This document shows positions 7,829-16,488 of a DNA stretch of 45,123 bases, one piece after another. Below the pieces are notes generated by a model. It worked only from the letters and a program-made list of their open reading frames with translations, was not told the origin of the DNA and made no database searches. Numbering within the stretch: the stretch's first letter is position 1; every line of letters starts with the position of its first letter. The DNA is from an uncultured Ruminococcus sp. (GTDB taxonomy: Bacteria; Bacillota; Clostridia; Oscillospirales; CAG-272). Position numbers and translations under genes: made by a program. The stretch spans positions 1 through 45,123 of the forward strand of contig CACYWX010000006.1 in the NCBI GenBank assembly GCA_902778205.1, written 5' to 3'.

Positions 7829-8863
7829 ATGACCTTCGGCGAAACGATCCGCTCTCTTCGGAGAAAAGCGGATTACACTCAGGAAGAGCTGGCGGAAATG
7901 CTCGGCTTGTCCCCTCAGGCGGTCAGCCGGTGGGAATGCGATTCAGCCATGCCGGACGTGTCCCTTCTCCCGAGGCTGGCGTATCTGTTCGGCGTCAGTA
8001 CCGATACTCTGCTGGGCGTGGAGCTGGAAAAACGGGACCGCGCCATCGAAGCGATCCGTGAAGAGGCGAACCGCGCCGTTTCCGACGGATACCGGCAGGA
8101 AGGGATCCGGATGCTGAGAGAAGGACTGAAGTCCTATCCGAATTCCCATGTTCTCATGGCGGCTCTGGCGGACGCTCTGCTGCTGGAAGGCCGGCTCGAG
8201 GAGAGTCTGTCCTTGGCGGAGTGGGTGATCGGGCACGAGCAGGATCTGAAGCTGAAAACGGATGCGATTTCCACAGCCTCCTGCGTTCTTGACCGGATGG
8301 GACGGCACGCTCAGGCGGTGGAGCTTGTCAGAAGGCTCCCGGAGCTCGGCTGTGACGACCTGCTCATCCATCTGCTCAAGGGCTCCGAACGGGTCCGTGA
8401 GCTTCGTCACAAGGCTTTGACCGACGGTATGGCGGCTCTGAGCTGTCTGTACTGGCTGACCTCGGCGGAGAACGACCGCGGGGAACCGGAGCTGGACGCC
8501 GACGAACGCCGCCTCGCCCTGGAACGCCTTCTCGGACTGTACGACGGTTTCTTCCCGGACGGGGACTACGGCTTCTACGCCCAGTTTCCCGCCCGGATCC
8601 ACCGGGAGCTGGCGGTGCTCGACGCTTCACGGGGCAGGGAAGAGGAGGCTCTTCTGCATCTGAAGGAATGCGTCCGATTCGGGGTCGTGTTCGAGCAGTA
8701 CGATCCGGAGGAGAAGAGAACGTCCCTCTTCTTCCGCGGAGAGGCGGACGGCGGATGGGTGAGGAATGAGCCGGGATCGGAGGGCTGGGACGAGCTCCGC
8801 GAATGGCTGGCCGATCCGCTCTTCGACGGAATCCGGGAGAGGATCGGCCCAGCGGAGGAATAG
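7829..8863 (+). CDS. XRE-family HTH transcriptional regulator with helical (TPR-like) C-terminal domain
   Basis: ATG at 7829 follows AAAGGAG. N-terminus TFGETIRSLRRKADYTQEELAEMLGLSPQAVSRWECDSAMPDVSLLPRLAYLFGVSTDTLLG is a classic HTH_3 domain. The rest is predicted helical repeats. Confidence 0.8.
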   Translation: MTFGETIRSLRRKADYTQEELAEMLGLSPQAVSRWECDSAMPDVSLLPRLAYLFGVSTDTLLGVELEKRDRAIEAIREEANRAVSDGYRQEGIRMLREGLKSYPNSHVLMAALADALLLEGRLEESLSLAEWVIGHEQDLKLKTDAISTASCVLDRMGRHAQAVELVRRLPELGCDDLLIHLLKGSERVRELRHKALTDGMAALSCLYWLTSAENDRGEPELDADERRLALERLLGLYDGFFPDGDYGFYAQFPARIHRELAVLDASRGREEEALLHLKECVRFGVVFEQYDPEEKRTSLFFRGEADGGWVRNEPGSEGWDELREWLADPLFDGIRERIGPAEE

Positions 8864-8917
8864 GAGGAAAGAACCCGCGTCCAACCGGCGGTTGTACTCC
8901 GGTCAAACAGGAATCCA

Positions 8918-8946
8918 TTGCGCGCGCCGGATTTATCTGGTATAAT
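8918..8946 (+). promoter_or_regulatory. putative promoter with extended -10
   Basis: TTGCGC (8918-8923), 17-nt spacer ending in TGG, then TATAAT (8941-8946), about 45 nt upstream of the ATG at 8992. Confidence 0.5.
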
Positions 8947-8991
8947 TACGGCGAGAGCAGGGCCCGCTTATCTTTTGGACCGGAGGAAGAC

Positions 8992-10536
8992 ATGGAGAAC
9001 ATCGGAAAGAGAATCAGGGATCTCAGAAAGGCGAAGGATCTGACGCAGGTTCGGCTGGCGGACTATCTCGGCGTGAGCGAACAAGCCGTGAGCAAGTGGG
9101 AAACGAGCGCGGCGACACCCGACCTCTGGCTGATCGAGCCGCTGACCCGCGTCCTCGGCGTGACGGCGGACGAGCTTCTCGGCATCGAACAGCCGAAGAC
9201 GGATCAGTGCAAGGAATTCGAGGAGCGCGTGGAGCGGATCTTCCTGGAGAGCTGGCCGGGGGAATTCCCGCCGACCTTCGACACGAAAAAGGCCGCGGAG
9301 GAACAGTTGAGCCGCGGCGTCATACCGGAGGATGTGACCGACGAAGCCATCCGCTCATGGATCCCCTATCTGAAAATGCTGGACGAACAAGGTGGGGAGG
9401 ACGCAAGCAGGAATGGCAAGCCTGGGGAGGCGGATTTCCGCGATCTGCTCCGGTTCCGCGCCCTTGAGGGAGACGTCGACGCGCTGGATCTTCTGGCGGC
9501 ACTCGGTCCGTATCAGCTCACCGAAGGACGGCGGAGCGGTTACGCCCGGGTGTTCGCGCTGGCCAAGATTTTGGGGGCGACGGAAATCGTGGACATCGGA
9601 TGCGGGAACATTCCGCACATCGATACGATCCTCGACAGCCCGGGCCTGCGCTATACCGGTCTCTGCTCGTGGGCGGACAACGAACGCTTCAACCGCCTTC
9701 TCCGGCCGTACGCTCCCGACGTGAAGTACGAAAAAAAGAAATATCCCTGTCCGGTCGAGACCGGGGAAGGCGCGATGGGACTGGCGTTCATGTTCCATAT
9801 CCTGCCGGAGACGGCAGACGGACTGATGGACGCGCTGGCAGGGGATTTCGACCGGGTTGTGGTTCAGGTGTGGGACGATTACGAAGCGGCGTTCCGCAGA
9901 GCCTTCGCCGGCTTTTCCGTGCGGATCCTCTGCGAGAGTGAATTTTACGGGCGGTTCACGGGGACCATGCGGCGGCGCCAAATGATCTGCTTCGCAACAA
10001 GGATCCGCGAGGATATCCGGACGCTCGACGAGATTCGGTACGATTGGTACGACACGCGCTTCCTGTACGGGGACGACCGCTTCCGCAGGGAGTACCACCG
10101 GAATTGGGACGAGGCAACGCGGAGGATGGGTTCCTTCAGCAGTATGGAGGTAGACGAATGGTTCAAAAGTGGGATCGTGCCGTCCTTCGATCTGTCCGAA
10201 GGGGAACAGGAGATTCTCGCCGCGCAGCTGGGAAACCGGAAAAACGGTGTGCACTTTATGACGGAAGTGACGGCGGACGGCTACGTTGAGGGGTATGTCT
10301 ACAAGGACCCGGATTCCATGCCTCGTCTGGAGCGCAACGGGAGCGGGGATTTCGTGCTGGATGGCCCCTGCTCCTTTGAAGGCAGACCGTACTGGTACGC
10401 CGCTTATGTGCGGGACGGACTGCTGCGCACAATCGAGGCGTTCGTGGTACCCGAGGATATGGGAAAACCGGACCGCGGCTTCCGGTTCCGCGAGGAATGG
10501 CTCAGACAGCGCGAGGAATGGGCGAAGAATTTTTAA
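8992..10536 (+). CDS. XRE-family HTH regulator fused to a methyltransferase-like domain and an unknown C-terminal domain
   Basis: ATG at 8992 follows GGAGGA. HTH_3: IGKRIRDLRKAKDLTQVRLADYLGVSEQAVSKWETSAATPDLWLIEPLTRVLGVTADELLG. The central EIVDIGCGN resembles SAM-methyltransferase motif I. The last ~200 aa have no family I recognise. Confidence 0.7.
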   Translation: MENIGKRIRDLRKAKDLTQVRLADYLGVSEQAVSKWETSAATPDLWLIEPLTRVLGVTADELLGIEQPKTDQCKEFEERVERIFLESWPGEFPPTFDTKKAAEEQLSRGVIPEDVTDEAIRSWIPYLKMLDEQGGEDASRNGKPGEADFRDLLRFRALEGDVDALDLLAALGPYQLTEGRRSGYARVFALAKILGATEIVDIGCGNIPHIDTILDSPGLRYTGLCSWADNERFNRLLRPYAPDVKYEKKKYPCPVETGEGAMGLAFMFHILPETADGLMDALAGDFDRVVVQVWDDYEAAFRRAFAGFSVRILCESEFYGRFTGTMRRRQMICFATRIREDIRTLDEIRYDWYDTRFLYGDDRFRREYHRNWDEATRRMGSFSSMEVDEWFKSGIVPSFDLSEGEQEILAAQLGNRKNGVHFMTEVTADGYVEGYVYKDPDSMPRLERNGSGDFVLDGPCSFEGRPYWYAAYVRDGLLRTIEAFVVPEDMGKPDRGFRFREEWLRQREEWAKNF

Positions 10537-10548
10537 CTTTTTCACACC

Positions 10549-10589
10549 AAAAAGACGGAGGGATCTTTTCGGGATCCTTCCGTCTTTTT
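10549..10589. terminator. bidirectional intrinsic terminator between convergent genes
   Basis: AAAAAGACGGAGGGATC (10549-10565) pairs with GATCCTTCCGTCTTTTT (10573-10589), with one G-U pair. A-run and T-run flank the stem. Confidence 0.85.
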
Positions 10590-10603
10590 GCAGATAGGGT
10601 ATT

Positions 10604-12825
10604 TTACGCCGTAACCTGCTTGGCCTTGAGCAGCTTGTCGGCCTTGTCCAGCATGCCGGAGTCCTGACGCTGGGCCATGACGAGCCTCCAGTAGAAGCCC
10701 TTCTTGTCCAGAAGCTCCTGATGGGTTCCGAACTCCACCAGATGCCCCTTGTCCAGCACGATCAGCCGGTCGGCATTGCGGAGCGTGGACAGCCGATGGG
10801 CGATGTCTCCGTGTCCAGAGCCGCGGTGGCCTCGTCCAGGATCAGGATCTTCGGGTTGTGGATCAGGGCGCGGGCGATGGCCACTCTCTGACGCTCACCG
10901 CCGGAGAGGGAGTAGCCCTTCTCGCCGATCATGGTGTTGTACCCGTCCGGCAGATTGACGATGAAGTCGTGGGCGTTGGCCAGCTTGGCGGCGGCGATGA
11001 CCTCCTCGTCCGTGGCGTGGGGCTTGGCGTACTTGATGTTGTCCCGGATAGAGCCGGAGAACAGGTGGGTCTCCTGAAGCACCACGCCGATCTGGGACCG
11101 GAGCGCGTTCTGGGAGATGTCCTTGATGTTGACGTCGTCGATGAGGATAGCGCCGTCGGTCACGTCATACAGACGCATGAGCAGGTTGATGAGGGTCGTC
11201 TTGCCGGAGCCGGAATGGCCCACGACGCCGATCATCTCGCCCTTCTTCACGGTCAGGTTGATGTCCTCCAGCACGGGGTTGTAGCTGTCGTAGCCGAAGG
11301 TCACGTGGTCGAAGGTGACGTCGCCCTCGATGTCGATGTCGATCGGAAGGTTGATGTCCGCCACCTCGGGCTGTTCCTCCAGGATCTCCAGCACCTTGCC
11401 GAGAGAGGTCAGGAACGCGGAGATCTGGCGCGGGATGCCCGTGATCCAGAGCAGCGGCCCGTAGATGATGTTGGCGTAGGAGTTGAACTGGTGCAGGTCG
11501 CCGTAGTTCATGGTCCCCTTGAACAGCAGGTAGTTGCCGTAGAACAGGATCAGGTAGGAGCCGATTCTCGTCACGAAGCCCAGAAGCGGGAAGAACGTGT
11601 CGAAGAGGACGGCGTTGGATTCGGTCTGGGTCGTGTGGCGGTCGGTCCTCTTGTGGAAGGTGGCGATCTCGCGCTCCTCGTTGCCGAAGGACTTCACCAC
11701 GCGGATGCCGTTCAGGATGTCCTGCAGGAACAGGCGCACGTGATAGCCCAGGACCCAGTCCTTCCGGTTTCGGTTCTGCATGGTGGACCAGAATTTGCGG
11801 ACCAGCCATACCACGAAGGGGATCGGAATGAACACGAACATGGACATGATCGGGTTGATGATGAGCAGGAAGACCAGCGCCAGGATGAAGGACGCGCCTT
11901 GGGTGAACAGGGAGGGCAGCTGACCCGTCATGAAGGCCTGCACCGCGTTCACGTCCCCCGTGATGCGTCCCATCAGGTCGCCGGTGGACTTGTGGGAGAT
12001 GGAGGAGATGGACAGGGTGGAGATCTTTTCATAGAGCAGGGTCCGCATCATCAGGGTGAATTTGTTGCCGGCGATGGCGGACAGGCGGCTCTGAATCACG
12101 CCCAGGATACGCTGGACCAGATCGATGGAGATGATGGCCAGAAAGATCAGCAGGAAGGCCCGGGTGTGCTCGTCCTCGAGGAAGGAGCCCACGGGGCGGA
12201 TGCTCTCGTTGGTCAGGTAGTCGTTGACCGCCACGCGCTGGATGGCCGGCAGGATGAACTGGATGGCCAGGGAGATGAAGGAGACGATCAGCGGGAAGAA
12301 GAGCATGAAGCGCAGACCGCGGGTCAGGCCCCAGAGCTTCTTGTAGACCTCCGCTGAGTTGCGGCAGAAGGGGCAGATGGTGGTGCCGGGGATGAAGGGA
12401 CGGCCGCACTTCGGGCAGAAATGCTCGTTTTCCTTATTCTCCACGGGCTTGCCGGGCTCCCTCCCGTCCCGTCTCTTCTTCGCCAGATCCTCGCAGGCCT
12501 GGACCAGCACGGAATAGCGGGGCAGGTTGCGTCCGGAGAGGAACTGGCAGATGAGGGTCGTCGTTCCGTCCACCACCCCGTAGAAGGCGCAGTTGCCGTA
12601 CAGGACCTCGGTGGAGAAGACGGTGCAACGCTCCAGCTCGTAGGAGGACAGCACCCGCCCGTCCAGGATGCAGTAGATGCTCCGGTCGGTGACGGCGGTC
12701 CAGCCCTTGACGAACTTCTCCGCCAGAACATTGAAGGGAACGCAGTACATGAGGATTTCATCCGGGGAAGCGGCGGCGTCGTAAGCAGCCCGGTCCTTCT
12801 CCGGCATCTCATACATTAGTTTCAT
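10604..12825 (-). pseudogene. ABC exporter (fused TMD-NBD, N-terminal soluble domain plus zinc ribbon) with a frame-breaking internal deletion in the NBD
   Basis: The ORF from 12825 (RBS GGGAGG) reads through Walker [18 protein letters not shown] and [15 protein letters not shown], then goes out of frame near 10805 and stops at 10762. The rest of the NBD ([32 protein letters not shown]...VTA*) continues in another frame to the stop at 10604-10606. About 18-20 codons between the D-loop and H-loop are missing compared with the paralog at 13493-15883. Confidence 0.75.
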
Positions 12826-12843
12826 GATGAACCTCCCGTCGGA

Positions 12844-13471
12844 TCAGAGGTAAATCTCGATGGTGCGGTAGGTGAGGCGGTCCAGCTTCGTGGGATCGGG
12901 GATCAGGAAGCAGTTGCCATCCATATCGAAGATGTAGATGCGCCCGTCCTCCAGCACGCGGATGTTGGAGAAGGGGTTGTTCAGCACGATGGAGACCTTC
13001 CCGGCGGAGGTGTCGGCTTCCCAGTAGTTGTAGCCGAACTTCTCCTTGGCGGAGGTGATGCGGTGGATGACGGGGGTGAAGTAGCGGATATCCAGCTCGG
13101 CGTTGATGAGATCCACGGTTGCCTTGTCGAAGGTGTTCAGGTTGCGGGAAGGAGCGGCGGATCACCACGCGCTCGAAGAATTCCTCCTCGCCCTCGGCGT
13201 TGATGATCTTCAGGGAGATGAGCCCGCCCTCGGAGGCGGAGAACCAGCTGTTTTCCGGGGTCATATTGATGGAGACGCGGTGCTTGAAGAGATCATCCGC
13301 GTTGACCTCGCCGTCCCCGTCCTCAGCGGCCTCAGCCGTTTTGGCTTCCGCGGCTTCCGCCTTTTTCGCCTCGGCCGCCTCGTTCTTCTTCGCTGCCTCC
13401 GCGGCGGATTCTTTTCCGGAAACGGGGGCGGCGGTCTTCTTTTCGTCTTTCGGCGTATTCTTCTTACTCAT
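12844..13471 (-). pseudogene. DUF1854-family protein (ABC-transporter-associated) interrupted by a frameshift or internal deletion
   Basis: ATG at 13471 follows AGGAGG. The N-terminal frame gives MSKKNTPK...FSASEGGLISLKIINAEGEEEFFERVVIRRSFP, then nonsense. From about 13144 the conserved C-terminal part NLNTFDKATVDLINAELDIRYFTPVIHRITSAKEKFGYNYWEADTSAGKV...IFDMDGNCFLIPDPTKLD...IEIYL is in a different frame, ending at 12844. Confidence 0.65.
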
Positions 13472-13492
13472 AATAACCTCCTGCCGCCCCGA

Positions 13493-15883
13493 TCACATAC
13501 CGGAGAGGACTTTTTTCATGGCTTCGCTCTGGAGCTTGTACAGCTTGTAGTAGACGCCGCCCCGGGCCAGCAGCTCGTCCGGCGGGCCTTCCTCGGCGAT
13601 TTCGCCGTTTTCGATGACGAAGAGGTAGTTGCAGTCCTTCAGGGTGGAGAGACGATGCGCGATGGTGATGCAGGTGCGGCCCTCCACCAGCTTGGCCAGG
13701 GCGTCGCTGATGAGCCGCTCGGTTTCGGTGTCCATGGCCGCCGTGGCCTCGTCCAGGATCAGGATGGACGGGGACATGAGCAGGGCGCGGGCGATGGAGA
13801 CGCGCTGGCGTTCGCCGCCGGACAGGGACCGGGAGCCGGAGCCGACCTCGGTTTCATATCCCTCGGGCAGGCGGACGATGAAGTCGTGGGCGTTCGCCGC
13901 CTTGGCCGCCGCGATGACCTCCTCCATGGTGGCCTCCGGTCTGGCGTAGCGGATGTTGTCGGCGATGGTGCCGCGGAACAGGAAAATCTCCTGGGACACG
14001 ATGGCAATGTTCCGGCGGACCGAGGACATCTTGATCTGCTTCAGATCGGTGCCGTCCATGAGGATCTGGCCGGAGATGGGGTCGTACATGCGGGTGATGA
14101 GGTTGGCGATGGTGGACTTGCCGGAGCCCGTGTGCCCCACCAGGCCGATGTTGTCGCCCGCGTGGATCTTGATGTTCACGTCCTTCAGGATGGGACGGTT
14201 GGGATTGTAGTGGAAGGAGACGTTCCGGAACTCGATGTCGCCGTCGAAGGTTTCCTTCACGATGGGATCCTTTGCCTCCATGACGTCCGGCACCATGTCC
14301 AGCACCTCGAACATGCGCTGTGCGGCGTTCATGGTGTCGGTCACCAGGTTGGTGAAGGTGGAGAAGAACTGCAGGGGACCGAAGATCATGCCGATGTACC
14401 CGAGGTAGGTGGTGAACTCACCGTAGGTCATATGCTCGCCCATGACCTGCAGGCCGCCGAAGCCCCAGATGGCCTGGGAGGACATGCCGATCAGCAGGGA
14501 GACGATGGGGAAGATGGTGAGGGAGGTGATGTTCACCTTCAGGTTGGCGGCGTAGAGACGGTCGGAGTATTTATAGAAGCGGTGAGTTTCCTCGGCTTCC
14601 TTGGCGAAGGCCTTCACCACGCGGATGCCGTTCAGGGAGTCGCCGAGCATGGAGTTCAGGGACGAGGACGCCCGGTACTGCTTGGAGTACATTCTCCACA
14701 GCTTGGGCAGCATCACCCGGAAGATCACCACGATGAGGGGCACCGGGATGAAGACCATGAGGGTCAGCTTCCAGTTCAGGAAGAACAGGAAGAAGGTCAG
14801 GCCGATGAAGTTCAGGGCGTTGAACACGAAGTTCGGGACGCCGTCGATGTAGAAGGAACGGATGCGCTCCGCGTCGTAGTTGACCCGGTTGATGAGCCGT
14901 CCCGTGGAGTTGTTGTTGAAGTAGGACAGGGACAGCCCCAGCATGGAGTCGAAGACGTTCTTCTTCATCTCATTCATCATGCGGGTGGACAGCTTGGCGT
15001 TGGTCCGGTTCTGCACGATGTTGATGAACAGGGACAAGAGGGCCAGTCCTACGATGGTGCCGAGGACGATAAAGAGCTTGGTGAGGGTGTGCCATTCGCC
15101 GTGCTCGTTGATGACCCGGTCGTAGAGGATCTTGCCGTTGATGATCGGGTTGACCAGAGCCACGGCGGAGGAGGCGAACATGCAGAGAATGACCACGGCC
15201 ACCTGACGCTTATAGGGCTTGAGAAAATCCAGAAGCCGGGTCAGCAGGGCGTTCTTGTTCTGGCAGTGCTTGCAGACCTTGCGGAACTGGTTTTCGTAGA
15301 CCCGTCCGCACTTGGGGCACTTGGCGTTGAACTGCTCGAAGATCTGGTCGTCCTCGGTGACCTCGTCGCCCCGGAGGAACCGGTCGACGAGCTCGCAGAA
15401 GGCGAAGAGGCGCTGGCGGGTGGCGTTGGTGCTCTGGGCCTTGATCTCGGTGACGGTGTCACGGTTCCAGTCCTCGAGGATTTTGTCCCGCTCCTCCTTT
15501 TCCGCGTTCTCGGGGATCTCGGGACGGGGCGTCTCGTGGCGCAGGGTCAGGAGCCTGGTGGAGGAGAGGCAGGTGTCTACGGAGAGGTCGGAATAATAAT
15601 CCATGGAGAAGGAGTCCAGATAGTGGACCTCTCCCGCGTACTCGATCTTTCCCCAGTCATCAAAGTCCGTATGGTGTCTGTGCTGTTTCCGGGGGATGGA
15701 GTCCGGATTGCCCAGAAGCCGGTGGATCAGGCGGGTCTTTTTCTCGTAGACCAGCCAGGATTCCCCGAAGTTTCCGTCGAAATCCAGATCCATCCGCACG
15801 GCCATGGTCATGTCGTCCGGGGACAGCCCCTTTTCGGCCACGGCCGACGCTGCGGCGTCTGTGAATTTGTCAAGCGGAAGCAT
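13493..15883 (-). CDS. ABC exporter (fused TMD-NBD) with ~250-aa N-terminal soluble domain and CxxC...CxxC zinc ribbon; apparently intact
   Basis: ATG at 15883 follows GGGAGG. Zinc ribbon CPKCGRVYENQFRKVCKHC, six predicted TM helices, Walker [35 protein letters not shown]-loop IAHRLST. Confidence 0.85.
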   Translation of the reverse strand: MLPLDKFTDAAASAVAEKGLSPDDMTMAVRMDLDFDGNFGESWLVYEKKTRLIHRLLGNPDSIPRKQHRHHTDFDDWGKIEYAGEVHYLDSFSMDYYSDLSVDTCLSSTRLLTLRHETPRPEIPENAEKEERDKILEDWNRDTVTEIKAQSTNATRQRLFAFCELVDRFLRGDEVTEDDQIFEQFNAKCPKCGRVYENQFRKVCKHCQNKNALLTRLLDFLKPYKRQVAVVILCMFASSAVALVNPIINGKILYDRVINEHGEWHTLTKLFIVLGTIVGLALLSLFINIVQNRTNAKLSTRMMNEMKKNVFDSMLGLSLSYFNNNSTGRLINRVNYDAERIRSFYIDGVPNFVFNALNFIGLTFFLFFLNWKLTLMVFIPVPLIVVIFRVMLPKLWRMYSKQYRASSSLNSMLGDSLNGIRVVKAFAKEAEETHRFYKYSDRLYAANLKVNITSLTIFPIVSLLIGMSSQAIWGFGGLQVMGEHMTYGEFTTYLGYIGMIFGPLQFFSTFTNLVTDTMNAAQRMFEVLDMVPDVMEAKDPIVKETFDGDIEFRNVSFHYNPNRPILKDVNIKIHAGDNIGLVGHTGSGKSTIANLITRMYDPISGQILMDGTDLKQIKMSSVRRNIAIVSQEIFLFRGTIADNIRYARPEATMEEVIAAAKAANAHDFIVRLPEGYETEVGSGSRSLSGGERQRVSIARALLMSPSILILDEATAAMDTETERLISDALAKLVEGRTCITIAHRLSTLKDCNYLFVIENGEIAEEGPPDELLARGGVYYKLYKLQSEAMKKVLSGM

Positions 15884-15951
15884 AGGTGAGCCTCCCTTTC
15901 CCTGATTTTGCGTCCTGTCGCGTATTATCCCGAAAAATTCATATTTTTCTG

Positions 15952-15980
15952 TACACAAGACTGCGCGTTTATGGTATAAT
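15952..15980 (+). promoter_or_regulatory. putative promoter with extended -10 (TGGTATAAT) for the 16139 gene / rluA-family operon
   Basis: TACACA (15952-15957), 17-nt spacer ending in TGG, then TATAAT (15975-15980). This would give a leader of about 155 nt. Confidence 0.45.
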
Positions 15981-16043
15981 ACACAGGAACACTCTGCTGT
16001 CCGGCGCGGCGGATGCAAGAATCCCCGCCTCAACAGTCTCTTA

Positions 16044-16072
16044 ATCATAGCCTCCCGCGCCGGAATTTGCAA
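16044..16072 (-). promoter_or_regulatory. putative promoter of the ABC/DUF1854/ABC operon
   Basis: On the minus strand: TTGCAA (16072-16067), 17-nt spacer, then TATGAT (16049-16044), about 160 nt upstream of the start at 15883. Confidence 0.4.
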
Positions 16073-16138
16073 TAGTTTTTTGAAAAAAGTTCATTTTCGG
16101 CATCTGACACAAATCGGCTTCGCGCGAATGGAGTAAAA

Positions 16139-16486
16139 ATGCTTAAAAAAACAAAGGGCTGGACGAAGAGCAAAAACGTCCATTCCAAGCGGTACAAGAA
16201 CGATCTGGCCAACTATCTGCACGAGCGGAGCATCAAGTGCGTCACCGAGCGGATCGACGGCATCGAGGAGGTCATCGGCCGCTCCGGCGTGATCATGAAG
16301 CGGGAGGACGAGCTGGTCATCTACTGCGGCAGCGAGACCGTCATGCGGACCAAGATCGACGATCTTTACGCCTGGGAGCTTCTGTCCCTGGAGGGCGTCG
16401 TCATCACGGCCCACGATCTGGAGCACGGCGGGGAGGAGCGCACCGTCATCGCGTTCTATACCTACTGGCGTCCCATGGAGAGCTGA
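16139..16486 (+). CDS. small hypothetical protein (115 aa, basic N-terminus)
   Basis: ATG at 16139 follows GGAG. The stop (TGA 16484-16486) lies 2 nt before the downstream GTG start. I recognise no family. Confidence 0.55.
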   Translation: MLKKTKGWTKSKNVHSKRYKNDLANYLHERSIKCVTERIDGIEEVIGRSGVIMKREDELVIYCGSETVMRTKIDDLYAWELLSLEGVVITAHDLEHGGEERTVIAFYTYWRPMES

Positions 16487-16488
16487 CG

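Noticed and set aside
13103-15889. 928-aa plus-strand ORF antisense to the ABC exporter gene
   Set aside because: The opposite strand encodes a complete ABC transporter with Walker A/B, signature and H-loop motifs. This ORF is a low-complexity G/D/V/H/L-rich shadow frame with no RBS.
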